From Verrucomicrobiota bacterium (GTDB taxonomy: Bacteria; Verrucomicrobiota; Verrucomicrobiia; Limisphaerales; UBA11358), in assembly GCA_049510395.1 (NCBI GenBank), contig JBEKYY010000001.1, forward strand, positions 665 through 64,664: a stretch of DNA of 64,000 nt, read 5' to 3'. The position numbers and the translations under genes were made by a program. A model generated the notes under the pieces. That model was not told the origin of the DNA. It ran no database searches and saw nothing but the letters and a program-made list of their open reading frames with translations. Below, piece after piece: positions 37,254 to 45,326 of the stretch; position 1 is the first letter of the stretch, and every line of letters begins with the position of its first letter.

Positions 37254-37370
37254 GACACGACGAATACGCGAAACCGGCAAAAAGCTCAAGCGTGCGGGAT
37301 GGGAAAAATCAAAGCCCGGCCTGGAGTGACCCCTTTTTACTCGTAACACTGCGCGGATTTCCTTAATCAT

Positions 37371-39518
37371 GTGTTCAATTCCATGAGTCGAAGTTCGAAG
37401 GAAAAAGCCGCTGCCGTGCATTCGAGCGCGCCCGCTCCGCAGGCCGGTGACATGCCGGGATTGGCAGACTCCCGTTCGCCGGAATCTGAAGGCCGTCCAG
37501 CCGGGTTGAATGACCGCTGGATGGTTCTTTGGGTCTGCATTTTTCTGGCGGCGATCATCTGGGTGGTCTTCGGTCAGACGCTACGTTACGAGTTTGTTTA
37601 CGACGACGAAGCTTACGTGTATGAAAACCCGGAAGTCGCCCGGGGTCTGACACTCAAAGGGATCGTGTGGGCGTTCACCCATGTTCGTTGCGCCAACTGG
37701 CACCCGCTAACCTGGATTTCCCATATGCTCGACTGCCAATTTTACGGATTGAACCCCGGCGGCCATCATCTCACCAATATCCTGCTCCACACGGCGACGG
37801 CGATACTGCTTTTCCTGGTGCTGCGGCGGATGACGAGCCTTCGCCCCGACGACGGTGTCGGGGCTTCCGCCGTCGCCGAGGCTATGGCGGACAAGTCGGC
37901 CCCGCAAGCCGGCGCGCTTTGGCGCAGCGCGTTTGTGGCGGCGGTGTTTGCGATCCATCCGCTGCGGGTGGAATCGGTGGCGTGGGTGGCGGAACGCAAG
38001 GATGTTTTAAGCGGCGTGTTCTTCATGCTGACCATCGGGGCGTATGTGCGGTACGTGGAGAAGTCCAAAGTCCATCCACCCTCCGCAGTACTGCTACGGA
38101 GGACGGGAAGTCCAAAGTCCAAAGTTTTCTATGGGCTGGTGCTGGTGTTTTTTACATTGGGTCTGATGTGCAAGCCGATGATGGTGACGCTGCCCTTCGT
38201 GCTGCTGCTGCTGGATTACTGGCCGCTGGGACGAGTGGCGGGTGGCAAGTGGCGGGTGTCAAGTAACAAGAATTCCGTCTCTCAACTCCCTGGCGCGACG
38301 AAGCGAAGCGAAGGCGGCTCAACCTTGCTTCTTGAAAAACTGCCCCTGTTCGGACTGGCCGCCGTGTCGTGTGCGGCCACGCTTTTTGCTCAAACAGAGG
38401 CCATCCAGCCGCTCGAGAATATGTCCCTTCCCTTGCGCGTGGGTAATGCCTTGATTTCCTATGTGACCTATTTAGGCCAGATGTTCTGGCCGTCGGGTCT
38501 GGCGGTTTTATACCCATTTACGACCGGGGGCGTTGGGGTTGCCAGAGTGGTGCTGTCACTGGTTCTGCTGGCTGGCATTTCCACGGGTGTCTTTGTCCTG
38601 CGTCGTCGTCCCTATCTTTTGACCGGCTGGCTGTGGTATCTCATCATGCTGGTGCCGGTCATCGGGATTGTTCAGGTGGGATTACAGACAGGGGCGGATC
38701 GCTACACCTATCTGCCTCAGATCGGCTTGTATGTGCTGTTGACCTGGACGGCGGTGGATCTGTGCGCTGGCCTGCGCAACCGCCGCTGGGTTCTTGGTGG
38801 TCTCTCCGCGACCATCCTCGTTGCTTTGATTTTCTGCGCGCGCACGCAGACTTCTTATTGGCAGAATAACGAATCGCTATGGACTCACACGCTCGCCTGC
38901 ACATCTGACAACGTCGTCGGCCACAACGCCCTCGGCAACGCGCTGCTCAAAAAAGGAAGTGTGGACGAAGCGATCGCCCATTTCCAAAAGGCGCTGCAAA
39001 TCAAACCCAACTCCGCGGGTACCCATAACAACCTCGGCAGCGCTCTGCTCCAAAAAGGAAGCGTGGACGAAGCGATCGCCCATTTCCAAAAGGCGCTGCA
39101 AATCAAACCCGACGACGCGGAAGCCCAAAACAACCTCGCCGTAGCGCTGTTCGAAAAGGGCAATATGGACGAAGCGATCGCCCATTTCCAAAAGGCGCTG
39201 CAAATCAAACCCGACGACACGAAAGTCCAAAACAACCTGGCCTGGGCGCTGGCGATTGCTCCACAGGCGTCACTACGCAACGGTCACCAGGCCGTGGAAC
39301 TGGCCCAACGGGCGAATCAGCTTGCCGGTGGAGGGAACCCGGTCATTCTCCGCACGCTCGCCGCTGCCTACGCCGAGGCTGGGCGATTTCCCGAAGCGGT
39401 GGAAACCGCGCAGCACGCTCTGCAACTGGCCGAGACACCGTCCAACACCGCGCTGGCCGATGTGATTCGATCACAGATGAAGCTCTATCAAGCAGGCATC
39501 CCATTCCATCTCCACTGA
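37371..39518 (+). CDS. TMTC-like GT-C membrane glycosyltransferase with C-terminal TPR repeats
   Basis: It has the first-loop motif [13 protein letters not shown], the DUF1736-like segment [18 protein letters not shown], and at least 4 TPR units at the C-terminus. Confidence 0.65.
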   Translation: MFNSMSRSSKEKAAAVHSSAPAPQAGDMPGLADSRSPESEGRPAGLNDRWMVLWVCIFLAAIIWVVFGQTLRYEFVYDDEAYVYENPEVARGLTLKGIVWAFTHVRCANWHPLTWISHMLDCQFYGLNPGGHHLTNILLHTATAILLFLVLRRMTSLRPDDGVGASAVAEAMADKSAPQAGALWRSAFVAAVFAIHPLRVESVAWVAERKDVLSGVFFMLTIGAYVRYVEKSKVHPPSAVLLRRTGSPKSKVFYGLVLVFFTLGLMCKPMMVTLPFVLLLLDYWPLGRVAGGKWRVSSNKNSVSQLPGATKRSEGGSTLLLEKLPLFGLAAVSCAATLFAQTEAIQPLENMSLPLRVGNALISYVTYLGQMFWPSGLAVLYPFTTGGVGVARVVLSLVLLAGISTGVFVLRRRPYLLTGWLWYLIMLVPVIGIVQVGLQTGADRYTYLPQIGLYVLLTWTAVDLCAGLRNRRWVLGGLSATILVALIFCARTQTSYWQNNESLWTHTLACTSDNVVGHNALGNALLKKGSVDEAIAHFQKALQIKPNSAGTHNNLGSALLQKGSVDEAIAHFQKALQIKPDDAEAQNNLAVALFEKGNMDEAIAHFQKALQIKPDDTKVQNNLAWALAIAPQASLRNGHQAVELAQRANQLAGGGNPVILRTLAAAYAEAGRFPEAVETAQHALQLAETPSNTALADVIRSQMKLYQAGIPFHLH
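38061..38124. repeat. AAGTCCAAAGTCC direct repeats flanking a CCTCCG/CGGAGG hairpin, inside a CDS
   Basis: It is translated in frame as [22 protein letters not shown]. The motif is related to the intergenic repeat at 23601-23666. Confidence 0.7.
38930..39240 (+). repeat. Tandem 102-bp coding repeat x3 (TPR units)
   Basis: An identical 45-mer gacgaagcgatcgcccatttccaaaaggcgctgcaaatcaaaccc occurs at 38964, 39066 and 39168, an exact 102-bp period. Confidence 0.9.
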
Positions 39519-39678
39519 ACAAACACCTTAAAGATGTAATAAAGATGTCCCGAATGACTCTGGCGGTTCATGTCAGTCCCGACAATCAATAGTCTTTGTT
39601 TCATCGCCTTTTCTCCGGAAAGCAAGCCGCGCAATTTGCATTGAACCCACTCGACTATCTTTCCACAATTGCCAGCCT

Positions 39679-40401
39679 ATGGGCGCACAATGGAAACAGG
39701 CCGGACGCGAAATCAACGCGCAGAAAAAAGGCCAGATGGTCGCCAAACTGGTCCGCGAAATCATGGTCGCAGCCAAACTCGGCGGTCCTGACCCCGACCT
39801 CAATCCGCGCCTCTACGTCGCTGTCGAAAAGGCCAAGAAAGCTTCCGTCTATCGTGACACCATCGAACGCGCCATCAGAAAGGGCGCCGGACTCGACACC
39901 GAAAAGGTCAATTACGAAACCATCGTCTATGAAGGTTTCGCCCCCCACAAGGTGCCGGTCATCGTTGAATGTCTCACCGACAGCCGCAACCGCACGGCGC
40001 CGGAAATCCGCAATTTGTTCAAGGCCGGCTCGCTCGGCCAGCCCGGCAGCGTGGCGTTTTTCTTCAATCACCTCGGCGTGGTCGAAGCCACCCATCCCGA
40101 TGCCAATCGCGACGCGGAAGCCGACGCCATCGAGGCCGGCGCGCAGGAAATTGAACCGCTGGAAGCCGACGAAGTTCCCGCCGGACAGAAGGGCGCGCGG
40201 TTTCTGACGGAAATCAAGGCCCTCGATCACGTTTCCAAGGCGTTGAAAGCCGCCGGCTGGAACGTCATCGCCTCTGAAATCCGTTATCTCGCCAAGAATT
40301 TTGTCGAAGTCAGCCCCGCCAACCGCAAGGACGTCGAAACCTTCCTCAACGCCCTCGACGACCACGACGACGTGCACCGCGTTTATGCGGCGATGAAATA
40401 A
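39679..40401 (+). CDS. yebC: YebC/PmpR-family transcriptional regulator
   Basis: GAQWKQAGREINAQKKG...KLVREI..AAKLGGPDPDLNPRL is typical of the family. 240 aa. Confidence 0.85.
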   Translation: MGAQWKQAGREINAQKKGQMVAKLVREIMVAAKLGGPDPDLNPRLYVAVEKAKKASVYRDTIERAIRKGAGLDTEKVNYETIVYEGFAPHKVPVIVECLTDSRNRTAPEIRNLFKAGSLGQPGSVAFFFNHLGVVEATHPDANRDAEADAIEAGAQEIEPLEADEVPAGQKGARFLTEIKALDHVSKALKAAGWNVIASEIRYLAKNFVEVSPANRKDVETFLNALDDHDDVHRVYAAMK

Positions 40402-40541
40402 ATTCGGGGGATTTGCCGCCAACATCCGGCTCACTGCGAACGAATTTCAAATCACCCCCTGTTGCAGCTTCGTTCCTGTCGAATAGTGCCGGGCTTGGCA
40501 ATGCTTTTCATCGAGACGCAAGAGCAGGCTGGTGGCCTGTG

Positions 40542-42125
40542 TTACTTGGAAGGTTTGGCGTTCCAAATCGCCAGCGTGTCCGTCGAACCTTGCGAGCGGA
40601 CACCATTGTCGGTCAGGATTTCATCGGTGGCGGCGAGCATCTGCGCCCGCGGGAAAATCATCGTTTCGCCGTAACGGGTATTGCATTCGATGGTGATGAA
40701 CTCGTCTTTCGCTTCCCGTAAAATCTCCACGAGATGATTGAGGTTTTTGACCGGGATACCGTTGACCGCTTTTACCACTTGTGCCCTCGGATTGTCGTAG
40801 CCTTTGGCCACCTTGTGCGGGAAAAAAGGTGAAGAGATGATTACCAAACGTTCGCCGGGAAACGCGGGTTGGTCCGACATGCGCGTGACCAGCGGATTGG
40901 CCAAGTTACTCAAACGCGACATGACGGTCCCCGCATATTTTGTCCGCAGATATCCCCCAAGATATTCTTCTGTAGCGGCAGAAAAGACCAATGGCCCGTA
41001 GATAAAATACGAGGGATAAGTGCTGTTCAGCCCGGGAATCAATCGCGGATAATTTGCTGAAACGGGCAGGTTGACTTTCAGTTCTTTGCCGGCACGGACG
41101 ACGGTCAGCGGCACGGTGCCATTGGTGGTGATATGCTGAATTTCATATTCGAAGCGCACGCGCAAGTTGTCTCCCAGCTTAATCATGCCCTGATCATCCA
41201 CTGGAGTGTCGCCGATTTTGGTGATGACATCCCATTCCTTCAGTGGATAAGCCGGATCATCCTTGTAGGGTTTATGAACCACCATGCCCTCAACGGGCAG
41301 GGCCACCTTGAGAAACGCGCGCAAGGCGGGATTCTCCAGCGTTTGCATGGTGTCATACATGGCGGGCTTGCCATCATAATGATCATCGGCGATATCTTGA
41401 AGAAACAAGTCTATCTCCTCGCTGGGAATGATGTAGCCGATGTTCTCGGCCTCATTCAGGCGGCTGAACGTCAACCCGATCATCTTGTCGCCTACAATCG
41501 CCGGGCCGCCGCTGTTGCCGGGATTGATGGCTGCATCAATCTGAATGCGCAAACCGCAAACCGGGTAATTATACGGCGTGAACTCCACACGCGAAACGAT
41601 TCCCTTGGTGATCGAAAGACTGTTGCCTCCTTCCGGAAATCCGTAGGTCAGGACTGTATCCTTGACGCCTGGCAATGTCTTGGCCCGCGCCAGTGGCGGA
41701 TGCGAGTCGAAAAATTTTTCATCATCCAGTTTGAGCACTGCCAGATCAATTCCCGCAGCGATGGCCTCCACCGTGGCGGATATTTTATCTCCGGCCTGAT
41801 TCGCCTGGATTTGCACCTGGCTGGCATAATCCACGACGTGGGCGTTGGTCAATATGCGCTTGCCTTCGATCACCACGCCGCTGCCGGTTTGATCTTCCGG
41901 AGACTGTTTTGTCCACGGCTTGTAAGGATCGGGGTAACGCACCGTGGCGAAAATCTTCACCACCGAATTTTCAATGGTGCCGGACCCGGCGCCGGTGGCG
42001 GCAACATTGGTGATGGTAACAGGCGATGCGGGTTCGGCGGCGTGGAAGCTGAGACATGAGGCGAACAAAGCGGCAACCATGAGCCGGGTTGCCTTGGAGC
42101 CGGCAAAAAATGAATCAAATCCCAT
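40542..42125 (-). CDS. Secreted trypsin-like serine protease (HtrA/S1C-like) with C-terminal PDZ-like region
   Basis: The catalytic triad context is ILTNAHVV, DLAVLKLD and NPGNSGGPA. A signal-like start lies at ATG 42125 (MGFDSFFAGSKATRLMVAALFA). Confidence 0.7.
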   Translation of the reverse strand: MGFDSFFAGSKATRLMVAALFASCLSFHAAEPASPVTITNVAATGAGSGTIENSVVKIFATVRYPDPYKPWTKQSPEDQTGSGVVIEGKRILTNAHVVDYASQVQIQANQAGDKISATVEAIAAGIDLAVLKLDDEKFFDSHPPLARAKTLPGVKDTVLTYGFPEGGNSLSITKGIVSRVEFTPYNYPVCGLRIQIDAAINPGNSGGPAIVGDKMIGLTFSRLNEAENIGYIIPSEEIDLFLQDIADDHYDGKPAMYDTMQTLENPALRAFLKVALPVEGMVVHKPYKDDPAYPLKEWDVITKIGDTPVDDQGMIKLGDNLRVRFEYEIQHITTNGTVPLTVVRAGKELKVNLPVSANYPRLIPGLNSTYPSYFIYGPLVFSAATEEYLGGYLRTKYAGTVMSRLSNLANPLVTRMSDQPAFPGERLVIISSPFFPHKVAKGYDNPRAQVVKAVNGIPVKNLNHLVEILREAKDEFITIECNTRYGETMIFPRAQMLAATDEILTDNGVRSQGSTDTLAIWNAKPSK

Positions 42126-42298
42126 AGATGAAACGATGCTAGATAATGAGCGAGATGCATGCAAAGAAAATGTCGTCCGGGCACGGAGAAAACGGGAGAT
42201 GGTTGGTAAGGTTGAGCGCGGCCTTCGAGGGTGGGTGGCCGGGCGCAAGCATCTACAGCCCCAGCGGGGCGACATATTTGTAGTTGGGCGCTGGAAAT

Positions 42299-42351
42299 GA
42301 ATTCAAGCTCCGTCAGGAGCGGAATATGCCGCCCCGACGGAGCTTGAATTC
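42299..42351. repeat. Perfect 16-bp-stem inverted repeat
   Basis: GAATTCAAGCTCCGTC, a 21-nt loop, then GACGGAGCTTGAATTC, in the intergenic region between two minus-strand genes. Confidence 0.8.
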
Positions 42352-42467
42352 TCGGACAAATCGGATACTTGGAGCTGGCGGATGGTGAAGCGGCGTGAAC
42401 GCCGCGCTCCTTGCCGGCGAACGGGGGCTGTTCCGCTGGTTTAAGATCACTTTTGTGACCTTAAAAT

Positions 42468-44054
42468 TTATTCCTCCACCCGCCGCAGGCGCAAAGCCAT
42501 CCACGGGCGCCCGGGCAGCGCGATGGAGCGGCTTTGCGTGTCGCTGTAGATGTAGTTGTCCTTTTTGCGCAGGGTGTACGCGTCCGGCACCGGGGTGACG
42601 GTCATGTTCCAGGTGTCGAGGATTTCCGCCTTGAATTTCATGCCGTCGACCAGCTTCGGCTTGGGCAGTTCAAAAATCCAATTCGTCGGCTGCTCTCTGC
42701 CGAAATAGATCAGGTAATATTCGCCGGCTTTGCCGCCGATTTGCGGGTATTGCCATTTGTCAATCGGATCAATGCCGCCAGCCGGACCGCCCTCCATGAC
42801 TTGCTTGAGAAACGCCAGGCGCGGCGGGCTTTGACCGCGCAATACGCCGCCCTGCGACAACCAAATGATCTCGTCCTGGGGGCGCTGGTAACATTCGCTG
42901 TGGCCCACGTAAGTGCCCGCAACCGTCCCCTCCCAAAAGCGGTGCACCATTTCTTCCGCCGTGAGGTGCCCCCAGCGTTGCGGGAAGTCGCCCTCATATT
43001 TCACTTCGTCGAACACGACCGGCTTGCGCCAGACATCGCGGTAAAGCACCGCGCGGCCCGCGTCCTCCACCGCCGACCCGTTTTGAATGCTCGCGTGCGT
43101 CACCCATGGGAGGTTGTTGTTGTAAATCAGCATGCTGTGATGAATGGAACGCAGATGCCCGTGCGGATCGCTGCGCTGGATGAGTTGGAAGATGCGGTCC
43201 CAATCCGGCTCGTGCTTTTCGCGCATGAGATCGTATTCGTTGGCCAGCGACCACCAGACGTTGCGATAAGCCGCCAGCCGCGCGACGACGTAACGCACGT
43301 AGCGGTCATCGGTTGCGGCATTCATGCGGTCATAACCCCAGCGGCCTTTGTCGTAGGGATGAAACAGTATCACGTCCGCCTCGATGCCGAGGTCGCGCAA
43401 CTGGCCGACGCGCTTTTCGAGGTGCTGAAAAAACTTCGGATTGAAACGGCTGAAATCCCACTGATTCGTCGGCTGGCCGACAAACGGGTGGCGCGCGGGA
43501 TTGTCGCTCTGGTTCCAGGATTCCGACGTGGGAAAAACGCACATGCGGATTTTGTTGAAGGGGGCGGCGGCAAGCGTCTGGAGTGTCTGCTCCTCCAATT
43601 CGTCATTCTGGTGGGTCCAGCCGTAGCTGGTCGTGCCGAGCTGGCGGAACGGCGTGCCGTCGGCGTAGGCGAAGTGGAAGGTGTTCGTCACATGCACCGG
43701 GCCGTGGTTGTTGGCCGAGGGTGCGGTGACGGTGAACGCGCCGGTTTTCCCATTTAATGGGCGGCGGTTGCTTTTGGTTTTATAGCACCACCCGCCTTGT
43801 TGCTCCGGCATGAAACGAATTCGATAAACGCCATCGCCGTCATAAAAGCCCACCACTTCAACCGAATTGGTGTCTTGCGTGAAGCGGGCGGAGAGGTTTA
43901 CATCGACAAACGGGTTGCCGTTGGTCGGGCCGGCAAGGGCGATTTCAATAATTCCCCATTGCTCGACGGTGGTCCCGGCGGCGGCAACCGTCCGCGCCGG
44001 TGCAACCAGCAACGTGACGCTGGCAACACAGATTGACATGACGAAAGCGCGCAT
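42468..44054 (-). CDS. Secreted putative glycoside hydrolase (DUF5060/DUF4038-type architecture)
   Basis: It has a signal peptide. The N-terminal beta-domain pattern (EIALAGPTNGNPF...GFYDGDGVYRIRFMP) is followed by a TIM-barrel-like region. The family assignment is from memory. Confidence 0.45.
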   Translation of the reverse strand: MRAFVMSICVASVTLLVAPARTVAAAGTTVEQWGIIEIALAGPTNGNPFVDVNLSARFTQDTNSVEVVGFYDGDGVYRIRFMPEQQGGWCYKTKSNRRPLNGKTGAFTVTAPSANNHGPVHVTNTFHFAYADGTPFRQLGTTSYGWTHQNDELEEQTLQTLAAAPFNKIRMCVFPTSESWNQSDNPARHPFVGQPTNQWDFSRFNPKFFQHLEKRVGQLRDLGIEADVILFHPYDKGRWGYDRMNAATDDRYVRYVVARLAAYRNVWWSLANEYDLMREKHEPDWDRIFQLIQRSDPHGHLRSIHHSMLIYNNNLPWVTHASIQNGSAVEDAGRAVLYRDVWRKPVVFDEVKYEGDFPQRWGHLTAEEMVHRFWEGTVAGTYVGHSECYQRPQDEIIWLSQGGVLRGQSPPRLAFLKQVMEGGPAGGIDPIDKWQYPQIGGKAGEYYLIYFGREQPTNWIFELPKPKLVDGMKFKAEILDTWNMTVTPVPDAYTLRKKDNYIYSDTQSRSIALPGRPWMALRLRRVEE

Positions 44055-44207
44055 CGGGCCACGCTATCCAAATTTTTCGCCCCCGCCAAGGCGCGTTGCG
44101 CAATCCTTGGCTGCCCTGCCGCGGATGCATTGACCAGGACACGGTTCCATCACTCCATCTCAAGCCCATTGCTTTGACCGGTTCGGTTTGTGTAACTTCC
44201 CGCCTGG

Positions 44208-45050
44208 ATGAAAACAAAATTGCCTGAAGAATTAACCAGCAACGTGCCGCAAACCAAATGGGGCAAAATCCTCCTCGCCACGCCCGTGGTGATGACGGTC
44301 ATTGCGACCTTGCTCGCCGGACTGGCTTCGAGCGAGATGACCCGCGCCCAATACGACCGCGCCCTCGGCGCGCAACTCCAGTCCAAGGCCGGCGACCAAT
44401 GGGGCTACTTTCAGGCCAAGAAACTCCGGGGCGCGATGCAACGAAACTCATTTGAACTCCTCACCGCCACCACCGACATCCGGCCGATAGACAACCCCGC
44501 GCTGGAGAAAGTTCCCGCCCCGGCCGCCCTCAGCGTGGAAGCAAACGTCGAAGCCGCGCTGCAGGCCATTGAAAAACAAAAACCGGAAACCGAGATCGCC
44601 GGCCTTTTGAAATCAGTGGACGACCAATCCCTGGCGACCGCCCTGCTGGCCGCCAAAGACAACGCCCTCGCGTTCGACACCGCCATCGCTCCGGCCAATC
44701 AAGCCCTCGATCAATTGGAAAAATCCCTGCCCGCCGGCGACAAAGCCGCCGCCCGCGACCTTACCGCCGCCAAAATGCGCTACAACGCCGCGCGTTACGA
44801 CACGGAGGCGAGACTGAACCAATCCATCGCCAACCTCTACGAATTGCAGGTGCGCAAAATCAACATCTCGGCGGAGCGCCATCACAAGCGCAGCGGGAAG
44901 TTTTTCTTCGGCATGCTGGCCGCGCAAGCCGCGGTCATCGTTTCCACCTTCGCCATCGCGGCGCAGAGGCGGAGCTACCTTTGGTTCCTCGCGGCGGCAG
45001 CCGGCCTCGCCGCCGTCATCTTCGCCATCTACGTTTATCTGCGGGTGTAA
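44208..45050 (+). CDS. DUF4337-like membrane protein
   Basis: It has KAGDQWGYFQAKKLRG after the first TM helix and a C-terminal pair of TM helices. Confidence 0.5.
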   Translation: MKTKLPEELTSNVPQTKWGKILLATPVVMTVIATLLAGLASSEMTRAQYDRALGAQLQSKAGDQWGYFQAKKLRGAMQRNSFELLTATTDIRPIDNPALEKVPAPAALSVEANVEAALQAIEKQKPETEIAGLLKSVDDQSLATALLAAKDNALAFDTAIAPANQALDQLEKSLPAGDKAAARDLTAAKMRYNAARYDTEARLNQSIANLYELQVRKINISAERHHKRSGKFFFGMLAAQAAVIVSTFAIAAQRRSYLWFLAAAAGLAAVIFAIYVYLRV

Positions 45051-45272
45051 GACTCATCGCCTCGTCGCGCTGAAGCAACTTGCCGCGTCGAAGTGAAACG
45101 AAGACGGGAGCGAAGGCGGAAGCGCGGGGGAAACGGGAAAGTTTGGAAAGGTTGCGCCGGCCTGCGAGTGCTGGTGGCCGTGCGCCAGCACCTGTGGCTG
45201 GGGTTTAATACGCCGCCAAAGGTAGCAAACCACAATCAAACACGAGCGTGCGAGAATGGAAAACACTTCCTT

Positions 45273-45320
45273 ACACGACGTGTAGAAAAGTGTAGACACA
45301 ATAAATCCCGCAGGTAGAAT
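45273..45320 (+). promoter_or_regulatory. Candidate promoter/operator of the methyltransferase gene
   Basis: There is a palindrome ACACGACGTGT (45273-45283), and GTGTAGA is repeated at 45280 and 45290. The -35-like TAGACA (45293-45298), a 16-nt spacer, and the -10-like TAGAAT (45315-45320) precede an ATG only 6 nt downstream, which implies a near-leaderless transcript. Confidence 0.35.
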
Positions 45321-45326
45321 CGGCAC

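Noticed and set aside
38930-39240. Regularly spaced near-identical repeats that could be mistaken for a CRISPR-like array.
   Set aside because: The period is exactly 102 bp (34 codons), lies inside a long ORF, and translates to canonical TPR units. There is no repeat-spacer structure and no cas genes.
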